Origin: an uncultured Gemmatimonadaceae bacterium
GTDB taxonomy: Bacteria; Gemmatimonadota; Gemmatimonadetes; Gemmatimonadales; Gemmatimonadaceae
Assembly (NCBI GenBank): GCA_963761305.1
Contig: CAVXGK010000002.1
Location: forward strand, 2,688,001-2,752,000
DNA: 64,000 nt
Reading direction: 5' to 3'
Within the stretch, counting starts at the first letter, position 1, and every line of letters begins with the position of its first letter. This document shows positions 28,604 through 37,388 of this stretch, piece after piece. The translations under genes were made by a program, and so were the position numbers. The notes under the pieces are model-generated. The model saw only the letters and a program-made list of their open reading frames with translations. It was not told where the DNA came from and did no database searches.

Positions 28604-31232
28604 GCACCTCTCCGCGATCGCCGTCCACCGTGACCGTCGTGCCGGATGGAATGCGCACCATGGCGTTCTTCACGCCCACCACGCACGGAATGCCGAACTC
28701 CCGGGCGATGATCGCGCCGTGCGACAACATCCCACCGCGCTCGATGACCAGTCCGGAAATGAGGAAGAACGCCGGCCCCCATCCGGGATCCGTCTGCTTG
28801 GTGACGAGCACGTCACCGCGCGCGAGGAGCGCCGTCTGCGTCACACTGTCGAGCACCGTCGCACGTCCGGTGACACGTCCGCCGCACGCGCTCGTCCCCG
28901 TCAACACACCGCTCGAAGTCGCCGCCGCCGATGTTTGCCAGTCCACCGGTCCATCGGTCCGCCGGTCCGCCGGCATTTCCAAGTACTCGCCTTCAGGCAG
29001 CGTGAACGAATCGGGCGGATTCGTCGCCGAGAGTCGCGCGTGATCGGTCTTGCGCGTAGCGATCAACGTGCGAGTCGCGCCGGGGAACATCGCGCTGCCG
29101 CCAGTCAGCTCGAGCAGCTCCTGCCACGTCAGGAAGAACACGTCGTCACGCTCGGCGATCGTTCCGCGGCGCGTCAGCTCGGTGCCGATCGCAAGAGCGA
29201 TTCGCCGGCACCGGCTGTAGAGCAGCGCCTGTTTGAGCCGCGCGCGTTCGCGATATCGAATCGCGGCGTGCACGCGCGGCACGAGAAGCTCGAGCAGCAT
29301 GGCGCGGGCCGTCGTGAGACGCTCGCCGACGCGCCCCGTCTCCTCCTCTCGCGCAGCAGCCTGCGCACGCAACGCATCGCGCGGCGAGTCTGCGTCGAGC
29401 CTGGCATAGGCGCGGAGCACGTCGATCAGCGGCGCCGGATCCTCCTGGAAGCTCGGCGTCGTGAGCATCAGCTCTTCGGAGCACCGAAAGCCCCAATCAT
29501 CCAGGTACCGCTGAAACGCCACGCGGAACTCGGCGTAGAGCGCGTCGACGCGAATTGCGTTCAACACCGCGTTCGGGTCCGCGTTCTCGAACAACGCGTT
29601 CAACGCGCCGTCGCGACGCACCAGTCGAGAGAGATCCCACAGTCGCAGCACCGGCTCACCGCTCACCACGTTCGGAATCGCCTTGAGCAGCGACGTGTGC
29701 GTCGCTTCGCCGAGTCCGGCGCCGCGCAGCAGGCGCTCGAGCGCGCCATAGCTGATCATCGCCGCGCCGTCGGCGAGTGAGGCATCGAGCCATTTGTGGC
29801 ACCGAATGTCGATGAAGCCGGCCAGCGTGTCGCGTAGCTCGGCAAGCGACATCGTGTCCAGAAGTGAGGGTTGTGTGCGCGCCGCGAACTCGTCCACCGA
29901 GCGCTCGAACCGCGCCACGCGACGCTCGAGCTGGACGAGAAGCGCCGTCGCTTTCGCCAGGATCACGGACACTTCGGCGATCTGCCGGACCTTGCTGCGG
30001 CGAGCAACCGGATTCGGCTCGACCTCGTTACCGTCGGCGCCGACGAACGTGTCGAAGCTCCGCGTCAGCGCGCTGCCGAAAGGTGCGAGGCGAAGCACCG
30101 AATGAATCGCCGAGAGATTGTAGTATATCCGGGCGCCGTGCACGCCGATGATGCGCTGGAACTCTGACTCCATCGCGCGCACTCGGGCGGCCGAGACGCC
30201 GCAGGCGACGGCGAGGTTGCGGAAGTAGTGCGTGTATCCCGCCGCGGCGATCGAGTACAGCAGCGGCGAAATCGGCCGCGGAAAATTCTCGTTGACGTTC
30301 GCGTTCGACCACGTGATGAGTCGTCGCGGTGACGCGACGCTCGCCGGCGGCATCGACACCGGCGCGGTGATCGGCCGCGACTGCACGACGTAGAGCGCGC
30401 CGCTCTGATCGATCGCCCATTCGACGTCCTGCGGCGCGCCGAACTCCCCTTCGAGTGCAAGGCCGGCGGCTCTGAGCTGCTCGGTCTCGCGATCACTCAG
30501 CGAACACGCAACGTGTCGATCGAGATGACGAGCCGTGCCACTCCGGCGATCGAGCGCCAGGCGGCCGGGATCCACAGCGCCGGCGACGAGCTTGTCGGCG
30601 AGACCCGGTCCGTACTCGACGAGGATCTCCCCGCTCGACGTCGTCGTGAACGACACGCCTGCTGCCCGCGCGTCGACCTGCCGCTGAATCACCACGCCCA
30701 TGCCACGCATCGGCGCGCCGCGCGCCCTCCTATAGAAGGCCGCGCGCTCCGACCACAGCGAGGCCCACACGTCGCGCACGGCTTGCTCGAGCATCGCCTG
30801 GTCGGTCACGTGCAGAATCGAGTCGAGTTGGCCGGCAAACGACTCGGCCGCTCCATCTTCCCCCACCGCCGAGCTTCGCACGACCACGGGGCCACGGGCG
30901 AGGAACGGCGCCGCATAGATCGCCAGCTGTTCTCGCAGCGTTCGGGGCAAGGCCGCGGTTCGCACGAACGACGGCCAGTCGGATGTGACGGCGCCGGCCG
31001 ACGCAACGTGAGCGTCGAGCGCGTGCACGGTGAGCACGAAGCCCTCCGGCACCGGCAATCCCGCACGCAGCATTCGGCCGAGTGCGTACGCTTTGCCACC
31101 GACGAGACTCGGATCGGCCGCCGCTACGAGCGGAGCGCAGAAAATGTTCGTGGACTCGGCCAACACGGTCGCCGGATCAGCGACGATCGGCGATGCGTCC
31201 GGCGGAGTGAGCGAGACTTCGACGGTCGTCAT
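28590..31232 (-). CDS. PEP-utilising enzyme / small-molecule dikinase (ATP-grasp - substrate domain - His swivel; rifampicin-phosphotransferase-like architecture)
   Basis: VGGKA, VVRSSAVGEDG..SFAGQ, PQDVEWA, QSRPIT; C-terminal TDPGW and GGMLSHGAIIAREFGIP (phospho-His); start MTTVEV with ATGA overlap. Confidence 0.9.
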   Translation of the reverse strand: MTTVEVSLTPPDASPIVADPATVLAESTNIFCAPLVAAADPSLVGGKAYALGRMLRAGLPVPEGFVLTVHALDAHVASAGAVTSDWPSFVRTAALPRTLREQLAIYAAPFLARGPVVVRSSAVGEDGAAESFAGQLDSILHVTDQAMLEQAVRDVWASLWSERAAFYRRARGAPMRGMGVVIQRQVDARAAGVSFTTTSSGEILVEYGPGLADKLVAGAVDPGRLALDRRSGTARHLDRHVACSLSDRETEQLRAAGLALEGEFGAPQDVEWAIDQSGALYVVQSRPITAPVSMPPASVASPRRLITWSNANVNENFPRPISPLLYSIAAAGYTHYFRNLAVACGVSAARVRAMESEFQRIIGVHGARIYYNLSAIHSVLRLAPFGSALTRSFDTFVGADGNEVEPNPVARRSKVRQIAEVSVILAKATALLVQLERRVARFERSVDEFAARTQPSLLDTMSLAELRDTLAGFIDIRCHKWLDASLADGAAMISYGALERLLRGAGLGEATHTSLLKAIPNVVSGEPVLRLWDLSRLVRRDGALNALFENADPNAVLNAIRVDALYAEFRVAFQRYLDDWGFRCSEELMLTTPSFQEDPAPLIDVLRAYARLDADSPRDALRAQAAAREEETGRVGERLTTARAMLLELLVPRVHAAIRYRERARLKQALLYSRCRRIALAIGTELTRRGTIAERDDVFFLTWQELLELTGGSAMFPGATRTLIATRKTDHARLSATNPPDSFTLPEGEYLEMPADRRTDGPVDWQTSAAATSSGVLTGTSACGGRVTGRATVLDSVTQTALLARGDVLVTKQTDPGWGPAFFLISGLVIERGGMLSHGAIIAREFGIPCVVGVKNAMVRIPSGTTVTVDGDRGEVHVVA

Positions 31233-31813
31233 GCCGGTCGCGCCTTCACGCCGATCCGGTACAGCAGCACGCTGAACGCCAAGTGAATTCCCGGTCCGAT
31301 CACCAGCACGTACAGCCACAGCATCCATGGCGTCGGCACGACCAGTGACATCGCGATGAGCATTCCGAGGATGGAATCGACGCGATCGACGATGAACGTC
31401 ACCGCCGCGCCTACGCGGCCTGGCGCCGCCATCCCGGGCGCGACGTCGAACTGCCGTTTGACGAACGAATTCGGCAACTCACCGAGCATGAACCCAAGCC
31501 CGGCGACCGCGCCGAGGATCGCGTAGCCCGATGCGTCGAGTCGCCAGAGCTCACCGGCGATCGATGGCGAAACGCGTGAGACGATCGCGTGAAGCGCCGC
31601 GAACGCCGCCGCCGCCGCGGGAACCATCACGACAAACCCCCGCACCGTCTTGTTCTCGCCGAAAAGTCGCTTGCCGCGAACGTGCGCGCCGCCGTCGAGC
31701 GGCACGAGCAGACGTCGCGATGCCGGCATGCGAAGCCACGCGGAGTGCGCGAGCCCGGCGAGGATGAACGCGACCGTGAGAAACAGCGCGCACGCGAGCG
31801 GATCGAGAGTCAT
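31229..31813 (-). CDS. CDP-archaeol synthase (CarS/DUF46)-like cytidylyltransferase
   Basis: PLDGG..RGKRLFGENKTVRG, GELPNSFVKRQ..VAPG and DRVDS motifs; hydrophobic, 194 aa. Confidence 0.82.
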   Translation of the reverse strand: MTLDPLACALFLTVAFILAGLAHSAWLRMPASRRLLVPLDGGAHVRGKRLFGENKTVRGFVVMVPAAAAAFAALHAIVSRVSPSIAGELWRLDASGYAILGAVAGLGFMLGELPNSFVKRQFDVAPGMAAPGRVGAAVTFIVDRVDSILGMLIAMSLVVPTPWMLWLYVLVIGPGIHLAFSVLLYRIGVKARPA

Positions 31814-31821
31814 GTCGCGGC

Positions 31822-32811
31822 TCAGATGTCCGCGCCGGTCTCGAGGCGGTTGTGAAAGAGAAACAGCTCGCCTCGGAGCCCGCGTGCGCCCCGAATCCAC
31901 GCCCACAATCCGATCTCGTTTTCGGTTTCGTACCGCACCTCGCCGAGTCGATAGCCGGGCACGTAGGGGTACATGTGATGCAGTTCGTGCGCGTCTATGT
32001 GGAGCAGCATCGCCGACAGCCAGCGCGGGAGCACCAACGACCGCGTGAACACCTCCTGCTCGATCGTCGGGAACGGCCGGACGGGTTCGCCGTGGCTGAG
32101 GCGTTGCGGGATGTGCGTGTGCTGGCTGAGGAGCAGCAAATCCTCGGCGACGAGCGTGAGGAGGAGCGCGACGCCGACGAGACGGAGCGTCGTCATCGGC
32201 CCGATCACGACGATGATCGCGACATAGGCGAGCAGCAGCGCGAGCGAGCTGACGGCGAGCCTTCGCCGATCGTCGCGCTTTGGAAACAGCTCGAGCAAGC
32301 GCGGCCAATTCCAGAAATTGTTCACGCGATACAGCACCGAGAACAACGGAATCCAGAGACGCCAGCAGACGTTGACCAGCACGCGTTCGAGCGTGCCCAA
32401 CTCGCGCGGCACCAGCGCCGCCGTGGTCGGATCCACGTCCTGCCAGCCGGTCCACTTGTGGTGACGGCCGTGGATGCGTTTCCAGTTGTAGAACGGGATG
32501 ATCGAGAAGAACCCCGCGACCTGGCCGAACAGCGCGTGCAGTCGCTTGGTGCGGAACATCGTCTCGTGCCCGCACTCGTGCAGCACGGCGAACCACTGCA
32601 CGAACGCCAGCGCGAGCACGACCTGACCCGCGAACCAGATCCACACGGACGCGTTTCGCGACAACCAGAAGCCGGCCCCGGTGACCCCGGCGCATTCGGC
32701 GACGCACAGCGCGCCGGCGACGTTGGACGGCCGCAAGTGCGCCAGCTCGCTCGGCTTGGGCGGGAGCGGTGGTGGTGATGCGTCAGCAGTTGTGGCTGGG
32801 GTTTGCTGCAC
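31822..32811 (-). CDS. Membrane fatty acid desaturase family protein
   Basis: His boxes HECGH, HGRHH, HELHH; GTG start with GGAGG 5 nt upstream. Confidence 0.88.
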   Translation of the reverse strand: MQQTPATTADASPPPLPPKPSELAHLRPSNVAGALCVAECAGVTGAGFWLSRNASVWIWFAGQVVLALAFVQWFAVLHECGHETMFRTKRLHALFGQVAGFFSIIPFYNWKRIHGRHHKWTGWQDVDPTTAALVPRELGTLERVLVNVCWRLWIPLFSVLYRVNNFWNWPRLLELFPKRDDRRRLAVSSLALLLAYVAIIVVIGPMTTLRLVGVALLLTLVAEDLLLLSQHTHIPQRLSHGEPVRPFPTIEQEVFTRSLVLPRWLSAMLLHIDAHELHHMYPYVPGYRLGEVRYETENEIGLWAWIRGARGLRGELFLFHNRLETGADI

Positions 32812-33033
32812 AGCGGCCTCCGGCGTGCGGGATTCCCGCGTCGGATCCAACGGGTGGATGAGGCGCTTCTGCTGCAGGTTCCGGCGGCGCGCGTCACGGC
32901 TCAGGATAGGCCGGGACGGCGGGCGGGCGAATACGTCAACTAACGTATCCGTGCGGGGGTCGCGCGCAATCTTTGCCAGCCAAACGGTGATGGGGGGCAC
33001 GGACCAAACCGCCGGAATCTGCGAGCGTTCTGC

Positions 33034-34023
33034 ATGGCGCGCCTCCTCCGCAAGTCACGCTTCGTGGCCGCGCTTCTCGTCGTCGCGTGCAGCGCCTCTG
33101 ATACCGCGGCGACCACGAGTTCCACCGATCCGGGAGGCTCGCAGTCGCAGCCCGGCGGTACGCAGTCGCCACCGGCGAGCGGGGGCGAGTCACTCGGCGG
33201 GCGACGTCCGTTCCCCGATGACAATCCGTGGAACACGGTGATCACGGGCGCACAGGTGGATCCGAACTCGTCGACGTTGATCGCGTCGTGCGGCGTGCGG
33301 AATCTCCATCCGGATTTTGGAACCGTCTGGGACGGCGCCCCGAACGGAATTCCGTACATCGTCGTCCACTCGGGACAGGCGAAGGTCCCCGTCTCGTTCG
33401 ACTACGACGACGAGAGCGACCCGGGTCCGTACCCGATTCCGCCCGACGCGCCGATCGAAGGCGGCGCGTCGTCTGACGGCGACCGTCACGTGCTGGTCGT
33501 CGATGTCGACGCGTGGAAGCTGTACGAGCTCTTCGACGCGCATCCAGTGAACGGCGGCAAGAGCTGGACAGCCGGATCGGGCGCGATCTTCGATCTCGGC
33601 TCCGACGCGCTGCGTCCCGCCGGCCGGACATCGGCCGACGCCGCCGGGCTTCCGATTTTTCCCGGTCTCGTGCGCTACGACGAGGCGGTCACGCAGGGAC
33701 ACATCGACCACGCGCTGCGCTTCACCTGCCCGAGCACGCGGAAAGCCTACGTCTCACCGGCGCGGCACTACGCGAGCAGCGACACGAGCAGCGCGCTTCC
33801 GGCGATGGGCATGCGGGTGCGCCTCAAGGCGAACTTCGACACGACGTCGTTCTCGCCGACGGTCCGCGCGATCCTGCGCGCGATGATGCGTTACGGGATG
33901 CTGGTCGCCGACAACGGCTCGGGATGGTACGTGAGCGGCGCGCCCGACTCGCGCTGGAGCGACGACGATCTCGCAACGCTGTCGCGCGTTCCGTCGAGCG
34001 CGTTCGAGGTAATCAAGCAGTAA
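33034..34023 (+). CDS. Conserved hypothetical lipoprotein
   Basis: Lipobox VVAC, Ser/Gly linker, DRHVLVVD, SADAAGLPIFPGL, YGMLVADNG. Confidence 0.85.
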   Translation: MARLLRKSRFVAALLVVACSASDTAATTSSTDPGGSQSQPGGTQSPPASGGESLGGRRPFPDDNPWNTVITGAQVDPNSSTLIASCGVRNLHPDFGTVWDGAPNGIPYIVVHSGQAKVPVSFDYDDESDPGPYPIPPDAPIEGGASSDGDRHVLVVDVDAWKLYELFDAHPVNGGKSWTAGSGAIFDLGSDALRPAGRTSADAAGLPIFPGLVRYDEAVTQGHIDHALRFTCPSTRKAYVSPARHYASSDTSSALPAMGMRVRLKANFDTTSFSPTVRAILRAMMRYGMLVADNGSGWYVSGAPDSRWSDDDLATLSRVPSSAFEVIKQ

Positions 34024-34030
34024 GCTTGGA

Positions 34031-36205
34031 CTACCAGCGAATGATGCGTTTCAACAGATTCGCGAGGCTTCGCCCAGCCTGAGCAATCGGGTTGTTGTCG
34101 GGCGGATTGATGATGTTGCCGTTCGCGTCGATCGCGATTTGTCCCGGCGGCGGACCTGTGTGCACCGTGCACGATTCCGCCGGCTCCGCGCCGATCTTGA
34201 ACCACTGCGTCGTGCGCACCGGGCACCACGGCGTGGCCAGCTGACCCGTCGACGGATCGACGACCTTCGAGATCATCCCCGGCGGGATCGCGAAATCTCC
34301 GCCGTGCGGCTCCTTCCAACCCGCCTGATAGAATTCCGCCCACGCCGGCGCGGCGAGGCGTCCACCGCTCGCGTTCACCGCGATCTGCTGCGGCATGTCG
34401 TAGCCGAACCACACGCCGGCGACGAGCGTCGGTGTGTAGCCGACGAACCACACGTCATTGCCGTCGTTTGTCGTGCCGGTCTTGCCGGCGATCGGGCCGG
34501 TGATGCCGTAGTCGCGGATCCCCTTCCCCGTGCCGTAGTTCACGACGCCTTCGAGCATCTCCGTCAACTCATACGCGTCGCGCGCGTCCATCGCCGGAAT
34601 CGTCTGCGCCGTTTCCTGGGTCCAGAGCAGCGTGCCGTCCGGCGCTTCGATGCGCGTCACCAACCTCGGCGTCACGCGATTTCCGCCGTTGGCGAACGGC
34701 GCGTACGACGTCACCAGCTCGAGTGGCGTCACGCCTTCGGCGCCGAGCGCGATCGCCGGCACCGGCGTGAGCGGACTCACGATGCCGTTTCGCCGCGCCG
34801 CCGCGATCACCGCGCTCTCGCCGACCGCGCGGCTCACCCGCACCGTCGCCGCGTTCGCCGAGAGCATCAGCGCCCGCGCGAACGTGATGCGTCCGTTGTA
34901 TTCCAGATTGTAGTTCGCCGGCTGCCAGATGGTGCGTCCGATCTGTACCTGTACCGGGTCGTCGTCGACGTCTTCAGAAGTCTTGTATCCCGCGCCCAGC
35001 GCCGCCGCGTAGACGAACGGCTTGAACGCAGACCCCGGTTGCCGCTTCGCGTAGAATGCGCGATTGAATCCGCCCCGCTGCGTGCGGCGCCCCGGCACGA
35101 GCGCGCGAATGTCGCCGTTCGTCGGATCGATCGCCACGAGCGCGCCTTGCACGTCGTCCGGTACGTGGCCGAACGTCTCGCGCGTCTCCGCGGTGATCGC
35201 CGTGAAGTGTTTGAGCATGGTGCGATCGGCCGAGCGCTGGAGTGTGAAGTCGACCGTCGTGTAGACGTTGACGTCGCCTTCCTTCAGCACGTCGGGCAGC
35301 ACCGAGTCCACCAGGGCGCGAACGGCGTCGAGCGCGCTCGGCTCCTGGGTGATCGACGGGTGCCATTCGTTCTCCGCGATTTGCAGCGGGGCTCTCTCGG
35401 CAATCGCCGCTTGCGGTTTCGTGATGTAGCCCTGCTCCGCCATCAGCGTGAGCACGACGTTGCGCCGCTGCACGGAGCGACTCGGATTGCGGCGCGGCGT
35501 GTACGTCGACGGCGCCTTGGGCAATCCGGCGAGCAACGCGCCTTCCGGCAGCGTGAGCTTGCTCGCGTCCTTGCTGAACAGGTCGAGGCTCGCCGCCTCG
35601 ATGCCGTTCACGCCGTTGCCGAGGTAGATGACGTTGAGATAATGCTCGAGGATCTGGTCCTTCGTGAGCTCCGACTCGAGCAGTCGCGAGATGCGCAGCT
35701 CGATCAGCTTGCGGCGTAGAGAGCGTCCGTGATAGCGGTCTTGCAGGAAGCTGTTGTGCGCCACCTGCATCGTGATCGTGCTGAAGCCCTGGCGGATTCC
35801 GCCGGCGCTGAAGTTCCGGGCGACGGCGCGGACCACGCCGTGCCAATCGAGACCGTTGTGTTGATAGAAGCGTCGATCTTCGGTGGCGACGAACGCGTTG
35901 CGAACGTTCGCCGGCACTGCCGACAACGGCACATTCACGCGGCGCACGTTCTCGAGATGACCGAGGAGCTTGCCGTCCCGGTCGTAGACATTGCCGCCTT
36001 CGCTCGGGTGAAATGCGCGGATGTCGGCGCGGCTGGGGCAGCCGTAAAAACCACAGGTCGCCAGCCAGGCGTCGAACGCGATCACACCGGCGCAGGCGAG
36101 GACGAGCAGGCTCAGCCACGGCCAGTGGACGCGCGAGCCTTTCGCTCGATTTGTCGGATCGCGGCGCAGGCGTTGCGCCAATCGCGTCAGTCGAGTCGTT
36201 GCCAT
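34031..36205 (-). CDS. Class A penicillin-binding protein (PBP1A family)
   Basis: EDRRFYQH, GFSTITMQ, YLNVIYLG; transpeptidase SAFK, SAN and KTGT motifs. Confidence 0.95.
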   Translation of the reverse strand: MATTRLTRLAQRLRRDPTNRAKGSRVHWPWLSLLVLACAGVIAFDAWLATCGFYGCPSRADIRAFHPSEGGNVYDRDGKLLGHLENVRRVNVPLSAVPANVRNAFVATEDRRFYQHNGLDWHGVVRAVARNFSAGGIRQGFSTITMQVAHNSFLQDRYHGRSLRRKLIELRISRLLESELTKDQILEHYLNVIYLGNGVNGIEAASLDLFSKDASKLTLPEGALLAGLPKAPSTYTPRRNPSRSVQRRNVVLTLMAEQGYITKPQAAIAERAPLQIAENEWHPSITQEPSALDAVRALVDSVLPDVLKEGDVNVYTTVDFTLQRSADRTMLKHFTAITAETRETFGHVPDDVQGALVAIDPTNGDIRALVPGRRTQRGGFNRAFYAKRQPGSAFKPFVYAAALGAGYKTSEDVDDDPVQVQIGRTIWQPANYNLEYNGRITFARALMLSANAATVRVSRAVGESAVIAAARRNGIVSPLTPVPAIALGAEGVTPLELVTSYAPFANGGNRVTPRLVTRIEAPDGTLLWTQETAQTIPAMDARDAYELTEMLEGVVNYGTGKGIRDYGITGPIAGKTGTTNDGNDVWFVGYTPTLVAGVWFGYDMPQQIAVNASGGRLAAPAWAEFYQAGWKEPHGGDFAIPPGMISKVVDPSTGQLATPWCPVRTTQWFKIGAEPAESCTVHTGPPPGQIAIDANGNIINPPDNNPIAQAGRSLANLLKRIIRW

Positions 36206-36330
36206 TGCGGGGACAGGAGAATGAACCTGGACATGCTACTATAGATATGGTACGCCTATCCCTAACGCATGTTTCCGGCCTGAGCGTCGGCGCCCGAAAA
36301 ACGCACTTCCAACCGAGCAAACACCAAGTT

Positions 36331-37332
36331 ATGTCGCCGTTGGCACGTGTATCCGTGATGTTGGTTGCACTCGCCGTCCTGGCCTGCATCGACCGAGGCG
36401 CCCGCGATGGTCACGCGGCCCAGACGAATCGCCCCGATTCGGTCGGCGGGGCAGTCGCGGCGAGCGGCGCGGCGGCTGACAGCGTCAAACTGCCCGCCAA
36501 TCACGCGGGGCGCATCCCGGTCCTCGAGTATCATGTGATCGAGGGCACAAAAAATTCGTTGTATACGCGCACCGCCGATAGCTTCAAGGCCGATTTAGAA
36601 GATGTATACAAGCGCGGCTACCGTCCGATCACGATCGCCCAACTTCTCGACAAGGACTTCTCGGATGTTCCGGCGGGAATGTCGCCGGTCGTCTTCGTAT
36701 TCGACGACGCATCGCCGTCGCAGTTTCGCTATACCCAGGGAGCCGACGGCAAGTTGACGATCGACCCGACGAGCGGCGTGGGGATCTGGCTCGATTTCGC
36801 CAAGACGCACCCCGGGTGGAAGAATCGCGGGACGTTCTGCATTCTGAACGGCGCGTCGGCCGGCCATAACTTCTTCGGCGACAGCCCGAAGTTCGAAGGG
36901 CAGAAAAAGGAGTGGCGCTTTCAAAAAGTGAAATGGCTGGCCGACCAGGGGTTCGAACTCTGCGATCACACGATCTGGCACGCCCGGCTCGACAAGTTCT
37001 CCGACGCGATCGTGCAGCAGCAGATCGCCGGAAACGCGCTGGCGATCGACTCGGCGGCGCCCGGTTACAAAGTGCGCACGATGGCGCTGCCGTACGGAAT
37101 CTGGCCGAAGAACAAACAGCTCGCGTGGGAAGGCACGTGGACCGATCCCAAGACGAAGCAGGCGCACCCGTACAAGTTCGACGCGGTGCTCGAGGTGGCG
37201 GGCGGTCCGACGCGCAGTCCGTTCGACCCCGCCTTCAATCCGCATTCGATCACACGCGTGCAGGCGGTCGGCAACGACATTCACAAGACGCTCGATCAGC
37301 TCGACGCCTCGAAATCGCGTTTCGTGAAGTAG
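36331..37332 (+). CDS. Polysaccharide deacetylase-like lipoprotein
   Basis: Lipobox LAC; IPVLEYH, VFVFDDA, ELCDHTIWH, ALPYG (NodB-like motifs). Confidence 0.8.
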   Translation: MSPLARVSVMLVALAVLACIDRGARDGHAAQTNRPDSVGGAVAASGAAADSVKLPANHAGRIPVLEYHVIEGTKNSLYTRTADSFKADLEDVYKRGYRPITIAQLLDKDFSDVPAGMSPVVFVFDDASPSQFRYTQGADGKLTIDPTSGVGIWLDFAKTHPGWKNRGTFCILNGASAGHNFFGDSPKFEGQKKEWRFQKVKWLADQGFELCDHTIWHARLDKFSDAIVQQQIAGNALAIDSAAPGYKVRTMALPYGIWPKNKQLAWEGTWTDPKTKQAHPYKFDAVLEVAGGPTRSPFDPAFNPHSITRVQAVGNDIHKTLDQLDASKSRFVK

Positions 37333-37388
37333 CGCGGTAGGATTACGGGCGTCGGCTCTTCGACGCCCGTCTCTCCCACCCGCCCCTC

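Noticed and set aside
28590..31232. Rifampicin resistance gene (rph) or PEP synthase
   Set aside because: Domain order is RPH-like, not PpsA-like, but the gene is translationally embedded in a lipid operon; resistance function unsupported
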